Positions 21,271 through 33,656 are shown, counted from the first letter of the stretch. The stretch: DNA of 64,000 nucleotides from Tetramitus jugosus (GCA_937625935.1 OW569375.1:248001-312000); one strand, 5' to 3'. The notes: generated by a model not told the origin, from the sequence alone. Translations and numbers: made by a program.

Positions 21271-24200
21271 TTAGAGCCACCTGGACATGCTTGGCATCGA
21301 GGACACTAATGTCTTGTACCTGGAACTGTTTTGCCTGTACTTGATCAATGTTCTGTGATACAGTGAAACTATTCTTTGGAACAGGAACTCGCAGAGGGCA
21401 GAAACCATAAATTGACCACACACGATACTCACTACAATCCACCTTTGAATGAGGAAAAACTCGGCAGAGTCAACCAAAACTTCATCCAGTGACTTCACAT
21501 CAAATAACCACCAAATCGATTGTTGCACAGCACTAGCAGCCGAAGTGTCAGCACGGATTGGGAATAGAATTACAAAATCTGACACTAGTATAGCTGCGGC
21601 AACAATTAGGAACCAAATGTTCTTGAATGGTCGACTATACTTGCAGTTAAAGTTCACAACTACGGCAGTGAAAACAACTTGGAAGTTGCTGAATAGGAAC
21701 AGGTAGTCTCTCTTGAGAGCCTTGATTTCGACATCTGTTCTTGTAATTGAGAAATCGAGATACCATTGACTCAGTTCCATCAAATTAACAGCTAAACTCA
21801 GAGCTAGGATATGAACAATAGCTTGTATCATGACACTAATCAGGAAGGATGCTCTCATAATGGATTTTGGCGGTGGTTGTTTGTGCATTGATTCAACAGG
21901 CTGATTCATACTCACTACATTCATGGTTAAGTGTTAGCAATCAAATAAATTAATGTCCAGGAAGGAAAATACATGTGGAATACATACTGGCTATTAACAA
22001 CAAAAATCCACACAAGTTATTCCAAATGACATGACGCTCATTCAGCACCGTAATATTGTTATGCATGCAGACAGTATACTGAATGACAATAAAGAGCAGC
22101 ATAAACTTGAAGTTCACAGTAACCTTATCCAGCAAAGCTCTAGCTTGTCTGATCATGAAACTTGACAAACAATGGTCAACATCAGCTGAGAATTCAGCAG
22201 CAAAAGAAGTGTCAGCTTCACTGAGCGAAAAACCAACATCACTCGCAATGAGAGCCAAACTGTCATTTGCACCATCACCCACCATCGCCACAAAGTAGTC
22301 AATCTGTTTTAGATCATTCACCAGTTCAGCTTTTTGAGCCGGTAACATTTCACCAAATATATGACATCGAGTGATCAATCTTTGGTACATTAACCGTTGA
22401 GTGTCATTCTTACAATAGTTTCTCAAGAGTGCAAAGGCATCTCCTGTTATTGCCAAGTGAGTCGAGTTGTTGTCAGCTCTGCCTTTACCGCCATCATCTA
22501 CATCAGTCCAGGTGATATTGACTTCATCTCCTTCAGTTTTAACTTCTGCCACTAATACCTTCGATAGTGGTTCAACAAGTCCACATTCTCTTGACACAGC
22601 AATAGCAGTATAAATCGAATCACCAGTGATCATTTTGCTAATGATTCGTGAATTACGCATGGCTGTGATTTCGTTTTCTGATTCAGGATGGAGATGATTC
22701 TTCATGACAAAGAAGCCCAGGAAGGTCATATCTTTCTCACACTCTGTTCTCTTCATTTCCTTGAAGAACATGTCATCACTCAACTCTCTTTTCGCAAAGG
22801 CTATCATTCGAAAACCTCTCAGACCGTACGATCGAACCAATAGATTGTAGTTCTTTGGAATAGTGCTTGGATTACATATTTTTCTGATTGAGGTCGGAGA
22901 ACCCTTTGTGTACACACAGAAGGCTGGGAATCTCGTGACAGCACTAGCTCGTTGAAGTCGAGAGGAAAATGGAAATACGTTGGTCACTTGGATGATTCCT
23001 CGATCATTAAAAGCAGCTGGTGGGTGGACAATAAATACGCTTTCATCCTTTTCTCTCTTTAGGTCGTATCCTGTTTTTTGGAACAACTCTTCTTCGAGTT
23101 TATCACCAGTCACAACGTGATTGACCTTGCATAGACTGTGACAAGCCGCCATGACATTGATCGTGTCATGACTCATATCGTAAATAGATCTCGTAACAAC
23201 ATCCTTGAAATGCTTTTCCTTCACCTCTAGTACACCATATAAACCGAGTGTACTTTGGGTCAACGTACCAGTTTTGTCATAACACACACAATCGACTAAA
23301 CCGAACTTCATGAGGGGAGCGCCACCACCACCACCGTTTCTCTGCACGCCTCCCTTCTTAACATTCTTGGAAGCAATAAATACTGGTAGCAGAGTACTCA
23401 ACGTTATGAATGGTGGGCAAATAACCAGGAATAAGTCAAGGAATGGTTTGTACGATTCGAATTGGTAGTCGTACTTTCCGAATCGGGTAACTAAGGCTGT
23501 CACTCCAATAGAAATAACTCCAATCATACCCAATGTAATAGCAAACTGTGACAACTCTCCACCATATGCTTCTCTTGAACTCTCCTGTGACAAAAGGAAT
23601 TGGCGAATGAGTCTACCACGAGAAGTATTGAATCCAGTTCTGATAACAACTGCCATCGGACACTCATCATCCTTTGACTTGTAGCTAATAATCTTGCTTC
23701 CACCAATGAGAGTATTTTCCTGTTGAACAACAACAGAGTTATGATTGGTTGAACTTGACTCACTGAAAACTGAAATCTTTTGAGCATGGGTGGTATCTCC
23801 CGTCAACGCACTCTCGTCCACTTCAACACTTCCCCTCACAAGAACCAAATCGCAGGGCAGAGTCAGTCTTGCATTAATTTCAATCACATCTCCTGGTACC
23901 AATCCCGCAGAACCAACCATGTAAGAAACACCGTCTCGAATCACTCTCACCTCACGACCTGTATTCTTGATCCATTCTGACAGGAATTTCTGGGGAGATT
24001 CTTTTGATTTAGAATACACAGTCAAGAACATGATGACAACAATGGTCACGAGTGTTATCGATGCGTAATAATGGTACTGCTTAAAGATCCACCAAAGCAA
24101 CAAGAGAGCAAACTGCAGAAAGTTGTTCGGTTTCAATATTTCATCCTTAATATTCTTCAATAACATCTTTGGTTTCTTTGCTGACAATGTAATCGAATTG

Positions 24201-25364
24201 GATCCATACTCCAATAAACGTTTCCTGTGTGTCTGCGAATCTAATCCATTCTGCAACAAATCCTTGTCATACAATATATCATATGCATCCAAGTACTGAA
24301 CAATGAATGCATCTTCATCCGGATCATACAAGTAACGCAAATAATTGTACTCAAACACGCGGTACTCAACAGTGTGAACAGGCGATGATTGCTTCTCATT
24401 TTGATCCAAAGGTGTGTCAATGTTCACACCTATATAGGAGACTTCTTTTATCTTTAGTTTCTTCACTTTGACCAAGTGGAATTTTCCTCTGTAATCCTAT
24501 TGTCGTGCATGACATGGAAATATTGTTTAATAACACAGAAAATAATCAACCAACACGAAAACATGCAAATTCTATTATATAACATACCTGAATCAACACA
24601 TAATCCGCTTCTCTCGCAGGACAATTCTTAAAAAACAGTTTTACACGCAACCATTTACTCATCTTCACCAACAGCAACACTAATCCCAGTGTCACAATCA
24701 TGTACACAATTTTCTTCCATTTGCTCTTTTTACAGCCTTGCACCGATCGTATATTGTCACCATGATAAATCATATCTTCAATATTTGGAACAGACATGGT
24801 TTCTGCACCACCACTGTTCCCACCATTCACACCACCACCATTATGATCATCAGCATTCTTACTTGCATCAAAATCCTCGTTCATCATTGGTGTTGACAAG
24901 TGATGAGGTGCATGCTGATGATGCTGATGGTCAAAATTTCGTGAAGACAATGGATTACTGTGATTTCGCGCTATAAACGATTGATTTCTCCGACCACCGG
25001 AGAAAACATGAGCAGATGACGAAATACCCGTAGTAGATGTGGTTGCCGCTGTCGATGGTGGTGACGACGACGACGATGGTAATGCTTGTTGTTGAACATG
25101 AGTTGTGAGATCAGGTCGATTAAACAGACTTCTTCTTCTCACTTTACCATTACTCATGAATTCATCTTCGTATCCATCACTGTCACTATCACTACTGTTA
25201 TTACTGTTACTGTTGTTATTGGAGTAGTCGTCGTCATAATAGTCATCAGCATAGGAATAATTGGTTTCAAAGTTGAGTTTTTGATTTTTGTCAGAGTTCA
25301 TTTTGGTATTATTCTTCGATGCAGTGTCACTGCCAATGTGGGAAGAAGAACGATTGTTCTTCAT
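21271..25364 (-). CDS. Divergent P5(B)-type ATPase (ATP13A-like); exons 25364-24588, 24496-21988, 21914-21271 (start uncertain)
   Basis: Motifs LVPGDVI, PCDLVL, RTGFNTSRGRLIR, CYDKTGTLT, FPFSSRLQR, KGSP, MITGD, MVGDGANDSLAL. Two GTATGT introns (24587-24497, 21987-21915) join three ORFs in frame. Confidence 0.85.
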
Positions 25365-25547
25365 GTGTTGGACAAAATTGTTGTTTTTGCTTTTTGTTGT
25401 TTTGTTGTTGTTTTTTTTTGTTTGTGAAAGGGATTGTCGGGATGTCGGGATAACACAAAGTGAACACGAGGGGAGGGTGTTTATGACAACCTGTCTGGTA
25501 GGGCGTCGGAGTGTCGAAGAGATAATAGTGAGGCTCAATGTGAGAGA

Positions 25548-26512
25548 TTACATGAGAGAGCATCTGGCTTTGGCTTGAATTTTACGTGCCGTTTTGAGAT
25601 TCTTGGTTCCTTGTTCGACATAGGCAATACTCTTCTCGAGATTTTGTTCAATGTTGTCCAACAGGGAGGCTTGAAGTGCCACAATATCGTGCATATCTCG
25701 AAACATTTCATATAGTTCTTCCATTGATGATTCCAAGCTCTCCAAATCTTTCTTTGTTTCGATGGCTTGATTATAAGTTGCTTTGATGGTGTATCCATCC
25801 GAAACAGCTAATCTTTGTGAGAATATGTTCTCCATCTGAATATCTCCACTTCTCACCTTTTCTTGGATTTCATCTTCTGACATCGAATCACCCATCGCGA
25901 CAGTAACTAATCTTACTAAGTTTTCTTCTTGAGCGTCCTTACGCTTTTCCTGAACCTCCGTAAATTCAGTAGCTGCTGTCATGAGTTGTTCGGTCAGAGA
26001 TGCATATTGATTTTCTCGAAGTCTTACTTCTGCCGACTTCGGATTCTTTTGTTTTGCTTGTGCGTTCTCATTCTTCATCCGGTCCAATCCCTTTCTCGCT
26101 TTGGCAATATCAGATTTAATAGTTGTTTCGAGGTGTGACATTTGTTCTTTCAATTTTTTTAAATTCTTATCATTCTGGACTGAAGATAACGCTTTGTTCG
26201 ATAATGATTGTAGTTCTATCACATTTTCTTCGATCGCTGCAATTGAATCTTTGATGTCCTCAGTAACCTGAAACAAATCATCAACAAATAGGGATTCATC
26301 TGGAATTAACTTTCCATTCCCATATCCTCCTTTTGATTTCTTAATGTCATTCGATCTGATGGCACTATCAAGCTCTAATTCATCTAGATCGTCGTTGGCT
26401 GTCCCTCGAAGTCTCTTTTGGGTGGCGAAGATAAGTGTCACTTTGGAGTAATCTATTTCCAAGTTGTTGAGAACATAATACTTACGTTCAAATCAAAAAA
26501 TCGATCATTCAT
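25548..26512 (-). CDS. Qa-SNARE syntaxin (Syx1/PM-like) lacking a TM anchor, ending in CaaX (CSLM); exons 26512-26486, 26414-25548
   Basis: A 27-nt first exon MNDRFFDLN is followed by a GTAAGT..AAG intron at 26485-26415. Habc helices precede the SNARE motif LESSMEELYEMFRDMHDIVALQASLLDNIEQN with the 0-layer Q. Confidence 0.88.
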
Positions 26513-26937
26513 CTTCTTTCTGGTTTCTGTTGTTTGGCAGATGACACTTGTCGAGAACTAGGAGCAAGTTTCTTGAGAAACTAATCTTAGTACTACCACT
26601 TGATCTTCTACGAGGTAGTCCTTGAAATTAGTTCAATAAAGCACCTGGTTTTATCTGTCAACGGTTCAACTGTACAACTCTAATCCTTCTGACTCTTGTC
26701 AAAGGAGAGATTATTTTACTGTAGACAGATTCGGAGCAAAGGAAAATTGATTGAAACAGAACAGAATTATACCACCGGAAAAAGGCTATAATTCCGCCGC
26801 ATCTTAGAAAGTCAGAGGGGGTACGGATTTTAGTCTTTCTGAACGACTAATCAATAACATCCAAAACCCTCAAAACGTCTCCTGTTATTTGTTGCTAGCA
26901 TTAGTTGTCTGTACCATAAACTATCAAAAATCACACA

Positions 26938-29175
26938 ATGAACAAGGAAGATTCTATTCAGATGCGAAGACTAGCAGTCTTTGCAAAGCACTTGGTTCCC
27001 AATGCATCTCAATCGAATGACAATGTCTCTTCTCCACAACCACACACCAATATCCAAGATGGTTTGCTCGTTTCTCCGTGCAGTGCCCAGAATAACAACA
27101 ATGAGGAAAACTCTGATCTTCTTCGATACAACACACAGACGGACAATCACACTCCAACGTTTGATATTTTGCGCATGGGTGATGTGTTGAGAGGACCTGA
27201 TTTCCCGAGATCGAGTCTCATGTCAATGTATCAAATGCTGGACGACGAAGAAGGAATTTTAAAGTACAATCGAATTTTGAAGTCAAAGGGAAGCTTGTGC
27301 AAGGAAATTGCCAGAGAATGTGTTCTACAGCAAGCAAAGACCATTATCAAGCACCCTGATATGAATTATAAGCGAGTTCGTACGGATTCTGTTGGTATGC
27401 TATACAGAGTTGGTATTTGTGGTTTGTTGAGCAACAGTTTGTCAACAAAGCTCGGTGTACATATGGGACTGTTCATGGGCAGTATTTACAATTTGGGAAC
27501 TGCGAGACATTTGTATATTATTGATAAGGCAGTGGAATTTGAAGAGTACAGGGGAATGTTTCTGATGACTGAATTGGGACATGGTAGCAATGTGAAGGCA
27601 TTGGAAACAACTGCTACGTATGATGTCAAGACACAGGAATTTGTGATCCATACACCAGATCAGGGAGCAATCAAATGGTGGGCTGGAAATGCCGCTGTCC
27701 ATGGTAATATTGCCACTGTGTTTGCGCGATTGATCAATCATGATGGAAAGGACTATGGTGTGCATGCGTTTGTGGTACCAATTAGAGATGTGAACACACA
27801 TGAACCAATCAAGGGTGTGAGCGTTGGAGATTGTGGCGACAAGGTTGGTTTGCACGGAGTGGACAATGGTATGGTTCACTTTGATCATGTGAGAATTCCG
27901 AGAGAAAACCTATTGAATAGATTTGGTGATATATTGCCTGACGGTACCTACGTTTCACAATTCAAGAGTGAAGGGCGTAGATTTGGAGCCTTGTTGGGCG
28001 AGCTCATTAACGGTAGAACTCACTTGGCTGTCAATAGCAATACTTATCGAAAGTTGGCTGCCACAATTGCTGTGCGTTACATGCACAGAAGAAGACAGTT
28101 TGGACCTGAATCACGTGGTGTAGAAATTCCAATTCTCGATTACAAGTCATCTGTTGTTAGGTTGATGCCTATTGTCGCCTCATGCTATGCCGCACAGTTT
28201 GCCAATAGAGAGCTATTAATCAAGTTTAAGAAGATGAACGAGGAACATGAAAAGATGTCTGATGAAGAATTGGCTGAGACACATTCATTGAGTGCCGGTA
28301 TGAAAGCTGTGCACACATGGGACACTCAGCGCTATTTACAAACCATGAGAGAGATGTGTGGTGGACATGGTTATGCTGCTCACAATAGATTTGGTGAATT
28401 GCGAGATGATCATGATATCTATCAGACTTTTGAGGGGGATAACACAGTTCTCGTACAACAGTTGGGAGGTTACTTGATGAAACAATTTGCGAAACAGTTC
28501 CAAGGAAATCTATTGTCCGATAGTTATACGTTCTTGAGAAAGAAGATGGGTGTTTGGGCCAAGAGAAGGAATCCAATTGTTGTTCGAATTACCTCCACAA
28601 CTCATTTGAAGAGTTCAGAATTCCAATTGCAAGCATTTGAATATAGAACTGCTAGACTGTTACAGTTATGTGCCCAAGAATTTAATGCCAAGAAGAGAAA
28701 GTTGGGAGCATTCACATCATGGAGTCACGTTGTCCCTCTTATGGTCAATTTAGGACAGGCGTATGTCCAACAATATACATTGGAGCAATTTGTTAGACAA
28801 TTGGAAGCTTTGCCTTCAAAGACAGATTCCATTTATCAAGCTTTGAAGCTATGCTGCGATGTCTATGCTTTGTCAGTCATGGAAAAGAGCATTGACGAAT
28901 TCTTGGATGTCATCCAAAAGAGAAAAGCAACAGCCATCTCAAACCTGTTGGGCGACCTGTGTTCAGAAATGAGAGAACACGCAGTCTCATTGGTAGATGC
29001 CTTTGAAATTCCAGACTTCTTGATCGATGCTCCTGTTGGTTTGGCGCATGGAAACTACACCAAGAACATTCTGCAATATGTTGCTGATCGAAATCCAAAC
29101 TTGAACAATGTTGGTGAGTGCAGATCCGAGTATCCATCACTCTTTAGACCATCTGAGGACAACAATACCATGTAA
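26938..29175 (+). CDS. Peroxisomal acyl-CoA oxidase with N-terminal PTS2
   Basis: Motifs MTELGHGSNVKALETTATYD, KWWAGN, GVDNG, REMCGGHGY, TFEGDNTVL; RLAVFAKHL fits RLx5HL. Confidence 0.93.
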   Translation: MNKEDSIQMRRLAVFAKHLVPNASQSNDNVSSPQPHTNIQDGLLVSPCSAQNNNNEENSDLLRYNTQTDNHTPTFDILRMGDVLRGPDFPRSSLMSMYQMLDDEEGILKYNRILKSKGSLCKEIARECVLQQAKTIIKHPDMNYKRVRTDSVGMLYRVGICGLLSNSLSTKLGVHMGLFMGSIYNLGTARHLYIIDKAVEFEEYRGMFLMTELGHGSNVKALETTATYDVKTQEFVIHTPDQGAIKWWAGNAAVHGNIATVFARLINHDGKDYGVHAFVVPIRDVNTHEPIKGVSVGDCGDKVGLHGVDNGMVHFDHVRIPRENLLNRFGDILPDGTYVSQFKSEGRRFGALLGELINGRTHLAVNSNTYRKLAATIAVRYMHRRRQFGPESRGVEIPILDYKSSVVRLMPIVASCYAAQFANRELLIKFKKMNEEHEKMSDEELAETHSLSAGMKAVHTWDTQRYLQTMREMCGGHGYAAHNRFGELRDDHDIYQTFEGDNTVLVQQLGGYLMKQFAKQFQGNLLSDSYTFLRKKMGVWAKRRNPIVVRITSTTHLKSSEFQLQAFEYRTARLLQLCAQEFNAKKRKLGAFTSWSHVVPLMVNLGQAYVQQYTLEQFVRQLEALPSKTDSIYQALKLCCDVYALSVMEKSIDEFLDVIQKRKATAISNLLGDLCSEMREHAVSLVDAFEIPDFLIDAPVGLAHGNYTKNILQYVADRNPNLNNVGECRSEYPSLFRPSEDNNTM

Positions 29176-29217
29176 TAAACAAGAGGAGATCAATACAATA
29201 TTTATCAGCTCAAAAAA

Positions 29218-29299
29218 GCGGGAAACAAATGTCGTTGTGGCACATTCTTTTTCTCGAATGAAACGGCTAGATTTTTGAACAAACAACAAACCCGCGAAA
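29218..29299. promoter_or_regulatory. Pair of E2F-consensus-like sites
   Basis: GCGGGAAA (29218-29225; rc TTTCCCGC) and CCGCGAAA (29292-29299; rc TTTCGCGG) lie in a 147-bp intergenic gap. Confidence 0.45.
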
Positions 29300-29322
29300 C
29301 AAACAACAAAAGACAAAGAGGG

Positions 29323-32050
29323 ATGGAAGATATGCAATTGACGATTGAAGAGTCACCAGATTTGGCTCTCATACCACCTCAGACGACGACCGCCTTAGAA
29401 TTCGATGACGAAGATGAAGATATGAGTCAAACATTGAGTCAACTGAAACAAAAGAGACTAAAAAGAAAGAGTACCTCACTCAATGATGAAAGAGAAAAGA
29501 GTAGTTCTGGCTCTGCACCTACGACTACCACTACTTCCTCTGCCGACGATGAGGAATTTTTTGAAGAGGAAGAAGATGAATTGGCTGAATTGGAACAATC
29601 AGCAAAGTTATTGACTGAACAACAAGGTCAGAGAAAGACCCGACGCACCACTAGACTCCAAGCCGATGAAGAGTACAACGGAGAAGATGAGAATGGTGAT
29701 GATGAACCAGACGAGGAAGAAACGAATGATGAAAAATTCGATCTACGAAAGAGTGGTAAGAGAAAGGTGAAGGAAGATGATTTGAGAGATAAGGTGTATG
29801 CTGAATTTAAGAGAAGAACTGATGTCAAATCATTGGTGCGAAAGCATAGAAAGGATCGCATGTTTGATAAGCAGGACTATTTGACTGTTTTGAATGAAGC
29901 AAAAGCAGTCACCAAGCAGAATAAGATTTTATTGTAAGTTTAGTTTTGTTGTTGGTTTTGTACATCATCATTGATTGATCTCACACCAGTATGTTGCTTA
30001 CTTATTTAGGACTACGCCAGTTTTAACTGCTGATGTACTCGTAAACGATTATAGACAGGAGCCTGAGAAGAGCCAAAAGGTCGATTTGCTAAAGGACAGC
30101 TTATTGAATCAACTTCAGGACGAGAACGCCACTTATTCGGATTCTGATGAGTCCGATTCTGACTTTGAGCTTGTAATTGAAAAGAAGATTGATGTTGTCA
30201 CGACGAGAGATGAGCCAATGTCTGATGAAGATTACGATGACGAAGATGATGATGAGGATGCCGAAGACGAAGGAGATGCCGAGAATCAAGAAAAGGACCA
30301 TGAAGAGGGAGTACACGTACCAGCTCAAGACCAAGCACAAGAAGAAACGACATTCACTGAGGAAACAACCACTCCAGACCGAGGGAACGGAAAAGATATC
30401 TCCATGGCAGTACACACAACCGATTCTGAACAAGCAGTTACTACTGCTGATGACGTTGCTGATGATGTTCAACAAGTGGGAGGCGATGAAGCTCATGTAG
30501 ATTATATAATGCCAACATTAGATGCCCCTCTACCATCTCTTTCTGTTACACCAAATGTATTGGAAGAAGAGTTGGAGGTCCAACCTGCTAAGCAGCAAGC
30601 GGACGAAGTTGAGGGTGGTATTGAGTTTGAAAGTGACGAAGAAGATGAGGAAGACGACGTCGATGAAGACGAAAAATTGCTTGATCTGAAGGAGAAAAAA
30701 CTATTGGCCAAGGAGAAGAGAGCAAAGATTACAATGCTTAAATCAAGTGAGTGGAATGAAATGCCGGCTTCAGATGATGAAGAAGAGACTGACTTCGTAG
30801 ATAGAGAATGCATAGAGGACAATGAAGAGGAAGAAGCAGAGGGCATGAGTGGAGGAGCAATGATGGACGATGAAGATGTTCATCTTGGCGAGAACGAAAT
30901 GGAAGAAATTGGTAACTTCATTGTCATGAGCGACAAAATTGAAGAGATTGATGCGCAGAGAGCACGAAGATTACGAAGGAAGGCTGAAATGCTTGAGGAT
31001 GTGATCAGAAGCGACGATGAAGAGGATGAAAGAGAAGAAGTTGAAGAAGAAATGGAGGGTGATGAACTCGAAAGATGGAATCAAGGGCTGTTGAACCCTG
31101 TTTCAAAGACCAGTTATGTTCCTGGATCAGTCAATCACGCTGATATATTGAAACAAATTACGAATGAGAGTACTGGTACTTTCTCTCGGTTCAGCAAGAG
31201 AAGTGCTGAACTTATTAAGAGTACAATCCAATCCGTTCAACAATCTCTTCCAGAGCTTCTATCGTCATCAGTGAATGAAGAGCGAGAGCAACGAATGAGA
31301 ATTGAATATTTGCAAGAAAAGAAACGATTGGAAGAAGAGAGAAGGAAGAATACCAAGAGACTCCTTGACAACTTCCGTATGATTCGTAAAAGACAAAAGA
31401 AGCTGCGAGAACAATCACTGTCAATGGAGGCAGAGTCGATGGGACTGACAAACGAATATGATGGTGATCTCTATGATTTCTCCAGTGAAGAAGAGACGGA
31501 GACAAGGATAACCTATCAGCCAAAATCAAGGACGATCCCCTATGCTCCTAAAGCAAATGCAGATCAATCTCAGTATACCGTAGAAGAAAACACAGAAAAT
31601 GATGAGATACCTAGCACCTCTATTGCTACAATGGAAACCGAAGAGTCTCTCCCTGAATCACTGCCAGAACCATTTGAGTCTCTTCCATCTGTACTCTCTG
31701 ATGAAGCAGAGAAGGAGAATGAAATCCTAGCACCGACTCCATCATTTAATTTATTTGGTCAACTACCAGCATCTGCTCTGAGCTCATCCAACAAGAGGAG
31801 AAGATCCGAAGAAGTTGTGGATGATGCAGTAGCAGCAAAGAAGAGAAAGGTCGCTAGTATGACAATGCACGGTCAACGAATATCATCCCGAGGCTCCTTC
31901 CTGAATGGAGATGTGTCTGCCAAGGGCAAGAAATTTGCAAAACAGTACAAGAAGAACCTGAAGCAAGACAAGCAATACGAAGCAACTTCCAATCCAAAAG
32001 CCTTGGGTCAGTTCACCAAATCCGATAACCAACAATCCAGGAAAGCATAA
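29323..32050 (+). CDS. Large acidic nuclear protein, possibly Claspin/Mrc1-like; exons 29323-29933, 30010-32050
   Basis: A GTAAGT..TAG intron at 29934-30009 joins the ORFs in frame. The protein is very D/E-rich with NLS-like basic clusters. DFVDRECIEDNEEEEAEGMSGG and RGSFLN recall Mrc1/Claspin motifs. The gene is well supported; the family call is weak. Confidence 0.55.
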
Positions 32051-32123
32051 TTTGGGCGACTCGTTGAATAAACGTTGTTGCAACGTGCTTATCTTCCAAA
32101 TAGAAGTTTTACTATTTTCAAAA

Positions 32124-33656
32124 TCAACTGAATATCATTTTAAGGACCACCTTGGGATCGAACATGAACCATTTGTAACCATACATCATGTGCTGCGTTA
32201 AAATGTACATTTTTAACATGTACTTATCTTTTGTGGCCACCTCAAGCATGCGGTCGAGGTTCTTAACAACCCGTGGTACTATGTACTTTCTGAAAAAGGG
32301 ATTGCCTCCCTTCGCCTCCGGCAATGATAAATCAATAGCTGAAGCAGCAAACCAAGGATGAACAGATGCTGTACATATACGATATTGAATGTCGTGACAG
32401 ACGTTCTCTTGATCCACTGGAATCTTTGAGTATCTCAACATTCTATCCAGAGTCAAACACGCCTCAGCTGCGACACTCATCCCTTGTCCATAAACAGGAT
32501 TAAAAGAAGCAACAGAATCTCCCAAAGCAATAAACCCGTTGACTTTGATTCTATCGTAGTGATTAAAAGATGATCCACCTTTTTTGTAAATCTTAAACTG
32601 TTGTTGATCATCTTCCATTTGACTTTGGATTATTTTGAGAGTCTCTTGAGCAAACTCTGGCTCCGTGGACATGAAATCCACGGCATCTTGCAGGGTTTTA
32701 AGTCCAGAATCCTTACCGCTGCCTCCAAACATCAACATGGCTCTTCCATCCTCAATCTCATAGACAAGCATACCTTTAATTGTGGGTAACTTTGGTAAAT
32801 AAATGGAAATCCTAATTGGTTGCCCATTCAACCTCTCTCTGATATGTAGTTTTCCATCTGGGTTTGTGTGGTAAAACTCCATACAACTATACACAATATT
32901 TAGCTTGTGTTGAGTCTTGTACTTTTTGGTGATATCAGTGCACTTTGGATCGACAAGCTTAGTCAACCACTGCAGCGATTTACTGCCACAACCTGAGCAA
33001 TCAACAGTTAGATTTGCCTTAATCTCTTTCTCAGTCCCATCTTCATTCACTCTAACTCCAGTAATCGTTTTACCTGTACTTTGGAAACCGATCACTCGAC
33101 AGTCATCTCTGAACTCTATATTCTGGATTTTTCGGACTCGTTCTCTGATTGTTAACTCGAGTAATCTTCTGCTCTGTGATGGGAATAGCCCCAATTCATC
33201 CAACTCGCCCTTTTCTACCGGTGGTCTTCGCCCATGTTGCCCCACGAACATATCAATCTCCGAAGCATCAAGCATCCTACCTCCATTCTGAACCATCTCA
33301 TCCCAGAACCCAGGAAACATCTTTGCTAAGATATCTCTTCCCCTAAACAGTAATATATGTATTTGTTCACCTTGAGGAGCAACACTCTTATCATCCTGAT
33401 ATTCTCCCTGTTCACAGACAATGACTTGCTTAAAGTGCTGAGATAAGGTAGTGGCTGCGAGTAAACCTCCAATGGAACCACCAATGACTACAGCTGTACC
33501 CTCCTTGTTCACACTATCAAGATTGGATTCATTGATGTGTGATGTTGACAAATCTTCTTGAAACATCACATCTTTCAGGTAAAGGAGTATTCTAATAAGG
33601 TAATACAACACAGGTGATATCAACAACACCGCGAAGAGAAGAGTGATCAGGACCAT
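32124..33656 (-). CDS. FAD-dependent monooxygenase/epoxidase (bacterial LasC-like family) with N-terminal membrane anchor
   Basis: AVVIGGSIGGLLAA Rossmann motif, PQGEQIHILL, VDCSG, ALGDSVASFNPVYGQGMSVAA; intronless. Confidence 0.85.
   Translation of the reverse strand: MVLITLLFAVLLISPVLYYLIRILLYLKDVMFQEDLSTSHINESNLDSVNKEGTAVVIGGSIGGLLAATTLSQHFKQVIVCEQGEYQDDKSVAPQGEQIHILLFRGRDILAKMFPGFWDEMVQNGGRMLDASEIDMFVGQHGRRPPVEKGELDELGLFPSQSRRLLELTIRERVRKIQNIEFRDDCRVIGFQSTGKTITGVRVNEDGTEKEIKANLTVDCSGCGSKSLQWLTKLVDPKCTDITKKYKTQHKLNIVYSCMEFYHTNPDGKLHIRERLNGQPIRISIYLPKLPTIKGMLVYEIEDGRAMLMFGGSGKDSGLKTLQDAVDFMSTEPEFAQETLKIIQSQMEDDQQQFKIYKKGGSSFNHYDRIKVNGFIALGDSVASFNPVYGQGMSVAAEACLTLDRMLRYSKIPVDQENVCHDIQYRICTASVHPWFAASAIDLSLPEAKGGNPFFRKYIVPRVVKNLDRMLEVATKDKYMLKMYILTQHMMYGYKWFMFDPKVVLKMIFS

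Noticed and set aside
25365-25548. Syntaxin-P5 ATPase fusion via a GTAATC..CAG intron
   Set aside because: The frame would allow it, but the donor deviates from the GTATGT/GTAAGT/GTACGT-type donors used elsewhere, and the interval looks like a normal ACA-rich 5' leader.
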